From: Candidatus Oxydemutatoraceae bacterium
Lineage (GTDB): Bacteria; Pseudomonadota; Gammaproteobacteria; Poriferisulfidales; Oxydemutatoraceae
Assembly: GCA_965219575.1 (NCBI GenBank)
Contig: OZ244779.1
Coordinates: forward strand, 620,769-684,768
Length of the DNA: 64,000 nt
Reading direction: 5' to 3'
Below the pieces are notes generated by a model, which saw only the letters and a program-made list of their open reading frames with translations, searched no databases and was not told the origin of the DNA. Position numbers and translations under genes: made by a program. Of the stretch, positions 32,357-42,546 are shown one piece after another (the stretch's first letter is position 1; each line of letters starts with the position of its first letter).

Positions 32357-33529
32357 TCATAATTCGGTGCCTTTGTTCAGTATGTCTAAATAGACACTGT
32401 AAACAAATACTTTGTGGCGCGATTTGCCGGTGATTTCCTTAATAATACCGAGTCTTTCTAATGCAGAGAGACTACGCATCACAGTAGGTTGCGACAATCC
32501 CGTATTTTTACGTATTGATGCAGTGTTAGATATAGGGTGTCGTTGCAAATCGGCATATATCGTACTAATAGTTGAAACCGATGCCGCCGATTGGTTCAAA
32601 CCCTCAATAAGCCTACGATCATCACTAAATAACTTCATGATGTTTTGTGCCGCTTCCATTGTCTCATTCGCCACATCAATAACACCCTCTAGAAAAAATC
32701 TAATCCACCCCTCCCAATCACCGGTTTCGTGCACAGCTTGCAAATGATTGTAATACGCTTGGCGATAAGTCTTAAAATATAGGCTTAGGTAGAGTAGCGG
32801 TTCCTTAATCACGCCTTTCACACATAGCATGAAAGTAATAAGTAATCGTCCTAACCGCCCATTGCCGTCTAAAAATGGATGGATGCTTTCAAACTGGACA
32901 TGCACCAGAGCGACTTTAACTAATACAGGCAATTGTATGTTGTCGTCGTGTAAAAATTTCTCAAAGCAATCTAAACATTCCATCAGCCGTTCGGGCGGTG
33001 GTGGAACATAGGTTGCTTTACTCGGGCTACTTCCTCCTATCCAGTTTTGCGACTTTCGGAACTCTCCTGGTTGTTTATTTCTACCTCTAGAGTTATGCAT
33101 GAGCTTTGCGTGTATCTCTCGGATTAAGCGCAACGATAAAGGTATTTCTTTCAGTCTGCTTAAACCGTAATTCATCGCCGCTATGTAACACTTCACTTCT
33201 TCCACATCATCAGCAGAGGTTTTTTGTAATTTCAAACTTTCCGATGATAATAGGTCGGAAAGCGAAGACTGCGTTCCTTCAATCTGTGATGATAAAACCG
33301 CTTCTTTGCGCGCACACATCTTCAAAAAAAGTGATATATCGGGTAAAATTGCACTCATACCGTCCAACCGACCTAAAGTGTTGCTAGCTTGCTCAATCAT
33401 TTTGTAGAAATTGTCTAAATTTAGCGGTGGATTGGGTGGCAACGGATTAGGTATATAAGCCTGATAGGTTTCACCTGCTACGGCAGAACCTCTAATTATT
33501 TGACCTATTCTGTCGGCTTTTTCCATCAT
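32357..33529 (-). CDS. Fic family protein (class II) with C-terminal HTH
   Basis: HPFLDGNGRLGR active site; SSQIEG autoinhibitory motif. Confidence 0.93.
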   Translation of the reverse strand: MMEKADRIGQIIRGSAVAGETYQAYIPNPLPPNPPLNLDNFYKMIEQASNTLGRLDGMSAILPDISLFLKMCARKEAVLSSQIEGTQSSLSDLLSSESLKLQKTSADDVEEVKCYIAAMNYGLSRLKEIPLSLRLIREIHAKLMHNSRGRNKQPGEFRKSQNWIGGSSPSKATYVPPPPERLMECLDCFEKFLHDDNIQLPVLVKVALVHVQFESIHPFLDGNGRLGRLLITFMLCVKGVIKEPLLYLSLYFKTYRQAYYNHLQAVHETGDWEGWIRFFLEGVIDVANETMEAAQNIMKLFSDDRRLIEGLNQSAASVSTISTIYADLQRHPISNTASIRKNTGLSQPTVMRSLSALERLGIIKEITGKSRHKVFVYSVYLDILNKGTEL

Positions 33530-33612
33530 AAAGAATATTTATACAATAATTTGTTCGTTAATAAACATATTTTAGGAGATTATAATGCCTATTTGTTGTT
33601 TTCCAATAAAAT

Positions 33613-33780
33613 AAAGAACATAAATGGGTGTTTTTGTTCGCTAGTGAAAAATAACGAACATAGTGTGCGTTATTAGAAAGCAAAGAACATAAATGGGTGT
33701 TTTTGTTCGCTAGTGAAAAATAACGAACATAGTGTGCGTTAATAGAAAGCAGAGAACATAAGTCGGTGTTTTTGTTCGTT
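33613..33780. repeat. 69-bp tandem repeat (about 2.4 copies) upstream of fic
   Basis: Units start at 33613, 33682 and 33751; contain GAACA/TGTTC half-sites. Confidence 0.9.
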
Positions 33781-33815
33781 AAATGGGCGGCTAGACTCGG
33801 CTGATAGCGATAAAT

Positions 33816-34166
33816 CTATAGCACACCTTGCTTCCTCTGCCCCACATAAAATGCAGTGCCGGAGGTCTCGGACGAGAAAACTACCTTCGTGCCGGCATCA
33901 AAATAGACGACATCGCCGGGCTTCAGGGAGACCGTCTCTCCTCCTGCTTCGGTAATCGTCATTTCACCCTCAAGCATAATTTTACATTCATCGTAGCTAT
34001 AGGTGTATTCCAGTGGGTTACCGGCTTCCATTCTAAAAAATCCTGCGCTAATCGGTGCTTCCTCATTGTTGGAGGAAACAACATCTTCCAAGAAAGCGTT
34101 TATGCCGTCTATTCCCAATGATTTGATGTTTTTACCTTGCGCGTCCGAAAGATATTTCATTGCCAT
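33816..34166 (-). CDS. Cupin domain protein (EutQ/DUF861-like)
   Basis: SAGFFRME, YSYDECKIMLEG, PGDVVYF. Confidence 0.8.
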   Translation of the reverse strand: MAMKYLSDAQGKNIKSLGIDGINAFLEDVVSSNNEEAPISAGFFRMEAGNPLEYTYSYDECKIMLEGEMTITEAGGETVSLKPGDVVYFDAGTKVVFSSETSGTAFYVGQRKQGVL

Positions 34167-34298
34167 AACTCTTCTCCTTGTTGATACAGATAATTGCGAG
34201 GCACGAGTATAGCATGCCCAAGATCAAAATCGGATGATGTAGCTTTTGTCGACCACCTCGCCGGGCTACACCTGAACCTCTCCGAAGGAGAGGAATAC

Positions 34299-34593
34299 GG
34301 GACTGTTGAAAAAGTATCGTCAGCGTGCAACCGTAACCGCTTGCGCCGTGAATATATAATAACCACCAAGCCGTAGGGGCAGTATAAAGCCGCCGATTGA
34401 GCCGGTAGGTCAATCGGCAACTCTGATGTCTGCCCTTAAGTACCGTTCTGCACGACACCAACCGCTTGCACCATTTGATTTTGGTTTCCATAAACTGGAT
34501 GAATAAATGTATAAATCGTTCAGGCGCAACGCGTTACGGGCGGACATACAAGTCCGCCCCTACCACTCTATGAAATACTTTTTCAACAGCCCC
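34299..34593. mobile_element. MITE copy with ATAC target duplication and nested class-B palindrome
   Basis: ATAC|GGGACTGTTGAAAAAG...TTTTTCAACAGCCCC|ATAC. Confidence 0.9.
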
Positions 34594-34637
34594 ATACCTT
34601 CTCTACGGTTCGTAGTTACACCGTAGTCCTACAAACA

Positions 34638-35600
34638 TTAGGTCATAGAAACTCTTTTTACCTGATAGCCGTATCCTTCCAGCAGGCTCAGCACGCCTTC
34701 TTTGCCGTATAAATGCAGGGCACCGACGGCGATAAAAGTATTTTTTCTACGCAAAGGTGCCAACATATAGTGTGCCATTACGATATTGCGAATATACAAA
34801 ACATGCTTGAGGTAGGTTTTTTTGTATCCTTTATCCGTAGACTCTTGGGATATAAATTGCGTGGCAAGTGACAGCATCTCCGACAAATCTTCTTTTAGAT
34901 AAAATTCAATCATCGCTTCCGCAACGGACGATAGTTCGTTGAGATGCTCGACGCGATCCTTAAGCAGAGCGATCTGTGCATCAACCGGGAAAGCATAATA
35001 CGCAGCCATCAATTCCTCGAGCGTCTCTAATTGGTACACCGTTGCCGAATTATCCAGTGCCATTTGAAAAAGCAGATAATCGAGCATAACCGAATTATTA
35101 GTGTTGCTTTTATTGGGGGCATCTTGGGTTCTATAAATTCCGGATAGTGCGTGCATCGCAGCCCACGGCTTCAATTTTTCTATGCGCTCATCCTTAAAGC
35201 CGTTCATTAGTAGTTGCTTGCGTATCGATTGATATGTTTTAGCATCGACCATATCACTCAGCCGCTGTCCCTCGTCGAGCATCATATCTTTGACGATGCT
35301 CCTGAAGCCGGAATTCGGGCTGAAATAACGTACTCCCGGGAAGGTTTCTATACAAAAATTATCCGCTTCCAACAAAGCCGATTTGACCGGCTTTTTTAAC
35401 TCGGAGATACGCATGTCGTTTGAATGTAGGGTTCCGAATAGATAGCCTATGTGTTCGCCCGCTTTTGATATAGACCAAAACAATCCCTTGTCGAAACGCC
35501 CTGCGGCCTGGGTCGTCTCGGCGGATTTTAATTCTGCCTGCAACGAGGTAGATGATATCAGCAGTGATAAAGCCGATAGTGTTAATAAAAATCTTTTCAT
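34638..35600 (-). CDS. TraB/GumN family protein
   Basis: Signal peptide, YLFGTLH, LKPW, RN, FIAVGALHLYG. Confidence 0.88.
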   Translation of the reverse strand: MKRFLLTLSALSLLISSTSLQAELKSAETTQAAGRFDKGLFWSISKAGEHIGYLFGTLHSNDMRISELKKPVKSALLEADNFCIETFPGVRYFSPNSGFRSIVKDMMLDEGQRLSDMVDAKTYQSIRKQLLMNGFKDERIEKLKPWAAMHALSGIYRTQDAPNKSNTNNSVMLDYLLFQMALDNSATVYQLETLEELMAAYYAFPVDAQIALLKDRVEHLNELSSVAEAMIEFYLKEDLSEMLSLATQFISQESTDKGYKKTYLKHVLYIRNIVMAHYMLAPLRRKNTFIAVGALHLYGKEGVLSLLEGYGYQVKRVSMT

Positions 35601-35708
35601 ATTTCACTCCCTATGTATTTAAGGCGATTAGTTGTCGGTGGGTTTATTTTAGCAGTAAATCAGATGGTGGACGATATTACATGCCGACACGACATATTCC
35701 GAGCAATC

Positions 35709-36491
35709 TTATCGCTTGCAATAATGCCCTATAATCGCCGGCAACATATCTTCGTCAATCGGGCTACGGGCAACGATGGGTGGACGCTTGAAACCCAGTC
35801 TGTTGCACAATTCTTTGATGTTGGGACCTCCTAAAACCAACTGTCTGTCGAGCAACATAGCAACAGAATCCGCCGCGGTCATTGCATGGAGGTTTGCCAA
35901 AGTCTCACCACTTGCCACGGTAATATAATCGGGTACCGTATGTTGTTCGTCCAATCGCAGGTGCTTCGACGGTCTTTGCCTACGATAGACTTCAACATAA
36001 TCTACTTTCAGCCCTCGGCGGGTGAGTTCTCTCGCTAAATACGGGTTTCCTCCTCGGCCGCGAAAAATCAATACTGCCCCGCGTTTTATATTTTTTATGG
36101 ACTGCATTGCTGCCAATGCCTCGCTACTCGCCGCTTCGTGCGGATGTATTGCGTCGGCGATACCTGCCTCCGCCAATGCCTCTGCGGTTTTAATGCCGAC
36201 TGCGGCAACCGGTCTATTGATTCGGTAAATGCCCGCCTCGTGCAATAGCCGAGTACCGTAATACACCGCACTGCGACTGATAAAAACCAGCAGATTGTAC
36301 AGATCGAGCTGCTCGATCTTGTTCAAATTGGCTTCGCTGCGTGCGGTATCTACGATTTCCATACACGGGAAGCGGATGACCGTAGCACCTTGTTCGGCAC
36401 AAAGCTCCGATAGTCTATCGGCGAGTTGAACAGGTCGTGTGACCATAACACAACAACCTTGCAAAGGGAGGGTTTTAGGGGGTTTATCCAT
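35709..36491 (-). CDS. hemD: Uroporphyrinogen-III synthase
   Basis: VTRP, AVGIKTA, SEAL, EVYRR; follows hemC. Confidence 0.9.
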   Translation of the reverse strand: MDKPPKTLPLQGCCVMVTRPVQLADRLSELCAEQGATVIRFPCMEIVDTARSEANLNKIEQLDLYNLLVFISRSAVYYGTRLLHEAGIYRINRPVAAVGIKTAEALAEAGIADAIHPHEAASSEALAAMQSIKNIKRGAVLIFRGRGGNPYLARELTRRGLKVDYVEVYRRQRPSKHLRLDEQHTVPDYITVASGETLANLHAMTAADSVAMLLDRQLVLGGPNIKELCNRLGFKRPPIVARSPIDEDMLPAIIGHYCKR

Positions 36492-37407
36492 TATCTCGGA
36501 AGGGTGCAATCAGCGCAGCTGCGCCTTGGCTGAGCAGGGCGTTTGCAGCTGCGATGCCGAGTTGTTCGCTTTGCTCCGGGGTGCCGTGCCGTTCGTCTCT
36601 TAGTATTTTCTTTCCGTCTATATCACCGACTAGAGCGCGCAAACGAAGGTTGCCGTTATTGTGTTGCGCATACGCCGCAATCGGCATCCTACAGTCACCT
36701 CCCAATGCAAAACTCAATGCTCGCTCCGCTTGCAGACAAGCATAACTCGTCGTATCGTTTAGTGCGGTGATATAAGACAACATCGGGTGATCGTGCAAAC
36801 ATTCTATACCGATAATCCCTTGTCCTATCGCCGGTAGACTGATAGAGTGCGGTAGCAAATAACGAATACGCCGAGAGAGACCTAAGCGCTCGAGCCCGGC
36901 GGCAGCCAATATCAAAGCATCACACTCGCCTCTATCGAGCTTGCCGAGGCGCGTACCGACATTGCCTCGTAAAGGTAGCACCTTTATATTCGGATAACGA
37001 TGTTTTAACTGACACTGCCGGCGTAGGCTTGCCGTCCCCACAATCGCATGCCTCGGTAATTGTTCGAGATCGTCATAATTTTTAGACACGAAGGCATCGG
37101 ACGGGTCTGCGCGTGTCAATGCTGCGGCGATGATAAAACCCTCGGGCAATTGGCACGGTACATCCTTCATCGAATGAACCGCGATGTCGGCTCGGCCCTC
37201 TATCAGGGCTTTTTCCAAGGATTTAACGAATAAGCCTTTGCCGCCTATCTCGTTCAGCGAACTTTCAAGCCGTTGGTCTCCCTCGCTTATTACGGGGATA
37301 ATTTCTATCTTGATTTTAGGATGCAGTGTCGCTAGATGTTCGGCAACTATATTCGTTTGTTTTAAGGCTAGCGGGCTCTTGCGTGTGACGATACGAATCG
37401 TATTCAC
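36484..37407 (-). CDS. hemC: Porphobilinogen deaminase
   Basis: TRKSPLAL, GGKGLFVK, VHSMKDVP, LRGNV, GGDCRMPI. Confidence 0.97.
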   Translation of the reverse strand: MNTIRIVTRKSPLALKQTNIVAEHLATLHPKIKIEIIPVISEGDQRLESSLNEIGGKGLFVKSLEKALIEGRADIAVHSMKDVPCQLPEGFIIAAALTRADPSDAFVSKNYDDLEQLPRHAIVGTASLRRQCQLKHRYPNIKVLPLRGNVGTRLGKLDRGECDALILAAAGLERLGLSRRIRYLLPHSISLPAIGQGIIGIECLHDHPMLSYITALNDTTSYACLQAERALSFALGGDCRMPIAAYAQHNNGNLRLRALVGDIDGKKILRDERHGTPEQSEQLGIAAANALLSQGAAALIAPFRDNG

Positions 37408-37471
37408 TCTGTACTACGCGACAACGAGCAATCGCTATCGTGTGATCCGGGAAATAGGTATCGGCAGATTT

Positions 37472-38284
37472 TTATACATCGCTCGAAACAAAAGGTCGCC
37501 ATTCGGGTGATGCGGGCGAATGTACTACGAATGCGGGATTGATTAAAGAGTCTCGTGTGTTGTATCGTAGCGGCTGTCCTGCATAATCGTTCAGCTGTCC
37601 ACCCGCTTCCTCTACGATGCACTGACCTGCTGCGGTATCCCATTCGCAGGTAGGCCCTACGCGCAAGTAGAGATCGGCACTGCCGTCTGCAATCAAACAG
37701 CATTTTAGAGAACTGTCGGCGCGCACCAACTCGTGATTGCCGATTTTATCGAGTAGATTTTTTGTCGGCACATTAATATGCGCACGGCTAACGGCAACGA
37801 TGGGTTTCGCTCGCGGATATTTGCGTACCGATATTTTGACCGGTTTTGTGTCCGGGTCTTGGCGGAAAGCACCGTGTTTTTCGGCGGCATAAAAAAGTTG
37901 ATCCATAGCAGGTGCATAGATTACTCCGAGAACGGAGGTGTTATTATCTATCAACGCGATATTCACGGTGAAATAATCGTTTTTATTGATAAATCCCTTA
38001 GTGCCGTCGAGTGGGTCTACCAACCAATACCGATGCCATTGCTTGCGCTCTTCATAAGGATGCTCGGCCGAGGTTTCCTCCGACAACACCGGAATATCGG
38101 GGCTCAAAATGTTTAGCTGTTCGGTAATCAAAGTATCCGATTTTAGGTCGGCAACGGTGACCGGAGACTTATCCTCCTTGTATTCCACATCGATTTCGTG
38201 GTTTTTATAGATATCCATAATCTCAAGCCCGGCTTGCCTTGCAATCGTGCAGGCCTGCTCTAAATATTCATAGGGTGTATTCAT
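37472..38284 (-). CDS. cysQ: 3'(2'),5'-bisphosphate nucleotidase
   Basis: SPVTVAD, WLVDPLDGTK, EWDTAAG. Confidence 0.93.
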   Translation of the reverse strand: MNTPYEYLEQACTIARQAGLEIMDIYKNHEIDVEYKEDKSPVTVADLKSDTLITEQLNILSPDIPVLSEETSAEHPYEERKQWHRYWLVDPLDGTKGFINKNDYFTVNIALIDNNTSVLGVIYAPAMDQLFYAAEKHGAFRQDPDTKPVKISVRKYPRAKPIVAVSRAHINVPTKNLLDKIGNHELVRADSSLKCCLIADGSADLYLRVGPTCEWDTAAGQCIVEEAGGQLNDYAGQPLRYNTRDSLINPAFVVHSPASPEWRPFVSSDV

Positions 38285-38703
38285 CCTCGGCTCCAACGTT
38301 TATACCTTTTTTTGCAATACGCTAATAAGGATTTGTAATCGGGAAAATAAAGTTCAAAACCGTCCTCTGCGGGCGCGTCGAACTCGCAATAATCGTTTGA
38401 ATGATCCCTACAGATTTGGGGTCTATTTTCATAGATACCGCACCCCCCGTCGGGGAGCAAGTGACTGCATTTTGTGTCGAACAATAAACACCATCCGTCT
38501 TCGTCTTTATAGACGCTTACGTTGTGATGCGAGACTTGCCACAGCAGGTATTCAAAATCCACCTTGCTGCGCGGTGTGTCTATAGCTTGTGTTACATAAG
38601 TACAGCATATGCTGTTCTTACAAAAACTACATTTGTTTTCCGGGGTTATTTTATTGGGGGAATTTGTTTTAACTTTGATAGGTATGGAAAGTGTCTGTGG
38701 CAT
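38281..38703 (-). CDS. YkgJ-family Cys-cluster protein
   Basis: CSFCKNSICC...C..L...GCGIYENRPQICR. Confidence 0.85.
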   Translation of the reverse strand: MPQTLSIPIKVKTNSPNKITPENKCSFCKNSICCTYVTQAIDTPRSKVDFEYLLWQVSHHNVSVYKDEDGWCLLFDTKCSHLLPDGGCGIYENRPQICRDHSNDYCEFDAPAEDGFELYFPDYKSLLAYCKKRYKRWSRG

Positions 38704-38717
38704 TTTATAGAGGTCTT

Positions 38718-39011
38718 TTAAGTGTCGGTTCGAGATTTGGATTTTTTGATTTTTGCCAAAGGTATCACTTGACTGGTACGCGGTTCGTCGGCAAATCGAG
38801 GACGCATTTTAGCTTTTGGTTTTCCCGATGCTTGTTGCAGGGTCTGCTCGCGTGCGGAAATTAACGCAAAACAATCGCGAATATCTTTTATTGTGCTATC
38901 CTTTAACGGATGACGCATACCTGCCGGCGGTGCCGTATCTTTGACAACGTTCGCCAGTGTTTTGCGCATCATGATTAATATACGCTGTTCTACGGATAAG
39001 TCTTCGGTCAT
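38718..39011 (-). CDS. Small hypothetical protein
   Basis: EQRILIMMRKTLANVVKDTAPPAGMRHPL; same strand and orientation as the downstream operon. Confidence 0.7.
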   Translation of the reverse strand: MTEDLSVEQRILIMMRKTLANVVKDTAPPAGMRHPLKDSTIKDIRDCFALISAREQTLQQASGKPKAKMRPRFADEPRTSQVIPLAKIKKSKSRTDT

Positions 39012-39097
39012 AGTTTTATTCGGTGAATGGTTGTATTATAACTTGTTTGCGTACAAACTTATACGATTGGTTAATATCTAAGTTAGAAGAGGTGATT

Positions 39098-39406
39098 ATG
39101 AAACAAGCGGAATTTTCAATAGGCGAAGTCGTAAAGCATAAGCTGTTCTATTACTACGGTGTGATCTATGATGTAGATGCTGTCTTTATGGGAAACGATC
39201 TATGGTACGAGCAGATTGCAAAAACTCGTCCTCCTAAAGATCAGCCGTGGTACTGCGTGCTGGTTGACGGTCATGTACACGAGACCTATGTTGCACAACG
39301 CAACCTTGAACATTGCGAGTATAGAGAGATTGACCATCCTATGCTCAATATGTATTTTGACGGCAACGATACAAAACGATATACATCCAATACGCCCAAA
39401 ACTTAA
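39098..39406 (+). CDS. hspQ: Heat shock protein HspQ
   Basis: FSIGEVVKH..F.Y.GVI.DVD, PWYCVLVD, TYVAQRNL; GAGG RBS. Confidence 0.88.
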   Translation: MKQAEFSIGEVVKHKLFYYYGVIYDVDAVFMGNDLWYEQIAKTRPPKDQPWYCVLVDGHVHETYVAQRNLEHCEYREIDHPMLNMYFDGNDTKRYTSNTPKT

Positions 39407-39411
39407 ACGCA

Positions 39412-39849
39412 ATGCTCGGACACTTAAAAAGACTCTTTGAAAACAAGTCCGAGCAAAAGGCGGATGAGTTCGGTGTCGAGTTAAGAGCAGCCGCTATTCT
39501 ATTGATAGAAGTTTGTTATGCCGACTTCGATATACAACAGAATGAACTCGACGCAGCCGCCTCGGCACTGGTTTCGTTGTACGGATTGTCGGAGCCTAAA
39601 GCACAGACTCTGCTCGAGCAAACTTTAATCGAACACCAAAAAGTAATTTCGCTTTTCGATTATACGAAACTATTGAACGAACACTTTTCGGTGAAGCAAA
39701 AAGAAACTTTGTTGCTCGCTTTGTGGAAAGTTGCACACGCCGATGAACGTGTCGTTGCACACGAGGAGCACCGCATCAGAAAACTAGCCGAACAGCTTCA
39801 TTTGTCGCATAAATCATTCATCCAGACCAAATTGACCGCCGAAACCTGA
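39412..39849 (+). CDS. TerB-family protein
   Basis: LLIEVCYAD, LWKVAHAD...EEHRIRK. Confidence 0.85.
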   Translation: MLGHLKRLFENKSEQKADEFGVELRAAAILLIEVCYADFDIQQNELDAAASALVSLYGLSEPKAQTLLEQTLIEHQKVISLFDYTKLLNEHFSVKQKETLLLALWKVAHADERVVAHEEHRIRKLAEQLHLSHKSFIQTKLTAET

Positions 39850-39857
39850 GCAGAAAT

Positions 39858-40061
39858 GGGGCTGCTGAAAAAGTATTTCATACAATGTAGGGGCGGACTT
39901 CAAAATTGCCGATTGACCTACCGGCAATCGGCGGCTCTATTCTGCCCGTAACGCGTTACATCTGCACGATTTATACATTCATTCATCCAGTTTATGGAGA
40001 CCAAAACCATACGGCGCAAGCGGTTACGGTTGCACACTGACGATACTTTTTCAAAAGCCCC
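39858..40061. mobile_element. Short (204 bp) MITE copy
   Basis: GGGGCTGCTGAAAAAG...TTTTTCAAAAGCCCC; internal deletion; nested class-B palindrome. Confidence 0.85.
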
Positions 40062-40136
40062 CGAAGTGTCTGCACAAGTATAGTTTTGGTTTATTCTCCT
40101 CCGAAGGAGGGGAATGGACAGGGTGATTGCACGATA

Positions 40137-40733
40137 TTAACCGTCGTGCGTCAGCAAATAGAGGGCAACTTCGCTCATCAAATTGGGCAGCAAACGGGTG
40201 CTTAAGGAGACTTCGTACGAGTGATTGACTCCGGCGCGCGCTTTGCAATGAATTTTTTTCTTGTTGCACAGTTCTTCAAAATCCGAGAGTGTGCAGAGAT
40301 GAACATTCTCGGTTTCGTACCATTGTGCGGGTAGTACGGTTGTGACCGGCATACGCCCGCGAAATAGCTGCATACGGTTTTCCCAATACCCCATATTATA
40401 AAAAGTGATAATCGTCTCCTTAGCAATGCGTAGCATTTCATCCAACACCCGATCGGGATGGCGTACCGCTTGCAGGGTTTGGGTCATCAGCACATAATCA
40501 AAACTTTGTACCGAGAAATAATCGTGCCACCGTCCTTCGAGATCGGCTTGTATTACATCGACGCCGTTCTCTATGCAATGTGCGATATTGTCGTCGTCTA
40601 TTTCCAATCCCAGCCCCGATACATTCCTTACTTCGCGCAGATACTTCAACAATTCACCCCGCCCGCAGCCCAAATCCAATACTCGCGTATCGGGTTTAAT
40701 CCAGTTGGCAATTAATTCCCAATCGGCACGCAT
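40137..40733 (-). CDS. metW: Methionine biosynthesis protein MetW
   Basis: VLDLGCG, QTLQA, WYETENVHLCT; follows metX. Confidence 0.93.
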   Translation of the reverse strand: MRADWELIANWIKPDTRVLDLGCGRGELLKYLREVRNVSGLGLEIDDDNIAHCIENGVDVIQADLEGRWHDYFSVQSFDYVLMTQTLQAVRHPDRVLDEMLRIAKETIITFYNMGYWENRMQLFRGRMPVTTVLPAQWYETENVHLCTLSDFEELCNKKKIHCKARAGVNHSYEVSLSTRLLPNLMSEVALYLLTHDG

Positions 40734-41872
40734 TATAGCCCCGCTGCTATCTGCTCCATATAAGCCCGCAAGGCCTTATGGTATCGAGGCACCGGCATCA
40801 GAAAGGAATCGTGTCCATGGTGTGCTTTGATTCCGCAGTAACTTACACGGCGATTTGAATGCACCAAGGCTTTAACTATTTCGTGGGATCGTGTGCTTGA
40901 AAAACGCCAATCGGCAGAAAAAGAAACTACCAAGAAACCGCAGCTGGCTTGTCTAAACGCTTTGCTTAAATCGCCGTCGTATTCCGCTGCCGGGTCGAAA
41001 TAGTCCAGTGCCTTAGTCATCAATAAATAAGTGTTTGCATCGAAGCGGTTGACAAAAGACTCACCCTGATAGCGTAGATAACTCTCCACCTGAAATTCAA
41101 CATCAAATCCGTAATTAAGTTTGGTCGACTTGAGTTCTCGCCCAAACTTCTCGCGCATCGCATCGTCCGATAAATAGGTGATATGTCCCAACATCCGCGC
41201 CAACATCAACCCCTTTTGAGGAATGCCGTCCTCGTAATAATTACCGCTATGAAACGACGGATCCGACACAATCGCTTGTCTTGCGACTTCGTTGAACGCA
41301 ATGTTTTGAGCCGACAATTTGGGTGCGGTTGCTATCAGCAAAGCATGCGCCACCTTGTCCGGATAGTCTATTGCCCACTGCATAGCCTGCATGCCGCCCA
41401 GACTACCTCCTATCACCGCTGCCCAGCGCGGTATCTCAAAAGCGGTTCTTAGCATATCTTGGCTATGCACCCAGTCTTTAACGGTAACTATCGGAAAATC
41501 GAGTGCATAGTGTTTACCGGTTTTAGGGTTGATCGTATTAGGTCCGCTGCTACCGCTACAGCCGCCTAGATTATTCGGACAAATAAAGAAAAAACGATTC
41601 GTATCGAAAGGTTTACCGGGACCTATGCAATTATCCCACCATCCGGGTTTTTTATCCGAGGTGTTGTGATAGCCGGCGGCGTGCTGGTCGCCCGACAGTG
41701 CGTGACAAATCAAAACGGCGTTAGACCGTGCCGTATTCAACTCGCCGTAGGTCTCATACGCCAAAGTAAACTCGGAAAGCGTATGACCGCAATCTAAAGT
41801 TAGGCTTTCGTCAAAATCCATCTGTTGAGACTTTACTATGCCTACGGAGTTGGAGTATTTTTTTTCGGACAT
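40733..41872 (-). CDS. metX: Homoserine O-acyltransferase
   Basis: [28 protein letters not shown]. Confidence 0.95.
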   Translation of the reverse strand: MSEKKYSNSVGIVKSQQMDFDESLTLDCGHTLSEFTLAYETYGELNTARSNAVLICHALSGDQHAAGYHNTSDKKPGWWDNCIGPGKPFDTNRFFFICPNNLGGCSGSSGPNTINPKTGKHYALDFPIVTVKDWVHSQDMLRTAFEIPRWAAVIGGSLGGMQAMQWAIDYPDKVAHALLIATAPKLSAQNIAFNEVARQAIVSDPSFHSGNYYEDGIPQKGLMLARMLGHITYLSDDAMREKFGRELKSTKLNYGFDVEFQVESYLRYQGESFVNRFDANTYLLMTKALDYFDPAAEYDGDLSKAFRQASCGFLVVSFSADWRFSSTRSHEIVKALVHSNRRVSYCGIKAHHGHDSFLMPVPRYHKALRAYMEQIAAGL

Positions 41873-42037
41873 TATGCTAAGTAAGGCGGCTCAAAAATAG
41901 ACTTACTATTATATTGTAATAATTCATAACCTAGCGTAAAGGTTTCATCATTCTGAGATATTGTATATAATATCGGCTTTATCGGAATAAATGTAGCAAA
42001 AGCTACGGCAAATTAAAATTTTAGACAGGAGAACAAA

Positions 42038-42400
42038 ATGGCTGAAGCAGATCCGTCAAAAACTATAATTCATAAGCAAAGGGAAATACAAAGAGATAAG
42101 AACGGCTACCTTCTCAACCCCTTAGACTGGAGTCAAGAAGTAGCGGACATCATTGCCAAAGAAGAAGGTTTGACCATCACCGAAAAACACATGGATATCA
42201 TCGTGCATTTGCGCGACAGGTTTTTCAACTTTAACGAGGATCAACCCAATACACGCAAGATTCTTAAAGCGATGCAGGAGCAGTGGGGAGACGACAAACT
42301 TTCATCCAAAGATCTCTACGACCTTTTTCCCCAAGACCCGAGCAAGCAGGGCGGACGTTTTGCAGGGTTGCCCGAAAGTCGTCGCAAAGGCGGTTATTGA
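42038..42400 (+). CDS. DsrC/TusE-family protein lacking cysteines
   Basis: DKNGYL..DWSQEVA...LYDLFP..P...AGLP; no Cys anywhere in the protein. Confidence 0.85.
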   Translation: MAEADPSKTIIHKQREIQRDKNGYLLNPLDWSQEVADIIAKEEGLTITEKHMDIIVHLRDRFFNFNEDQPNTRKILKAMQEQWGDDKLSSKDLYDLFPQDPSKQGGRFAGLPESRRKGGY

Positions 42401-42431
42401 TTGCCGGATGGTCGGCTCAAATTAGACCGGA

Positions 42432-42508
42432 TGGTAGGCGCGATTGGATTTGAACCAACGACCCCCACTATGTGAAAGTGGTGCTCTAACCAACTGAGCT
42501 ACGCGCCT
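42432..42508 (-). tRNA. tRNA-Val (CAC)
   Basis: AGGCGCGTAGCTCAGTTGGTTAGAGCA CCACT-TTCACAT-AGTGG GGGTCGTTGGTTCAAATCCAATCGCGCCTACCA. Confidence 0.93.
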
Positions 42509-42546
42509 ACGGTGCGATCGGGTGATTAGGGGAACCTGCCGAATTG

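Noticed and set aside
33613-33780. Possible mini-CRISPR
   Set aside because: Whole 69-bp units are repeated; there are no variable spacers.
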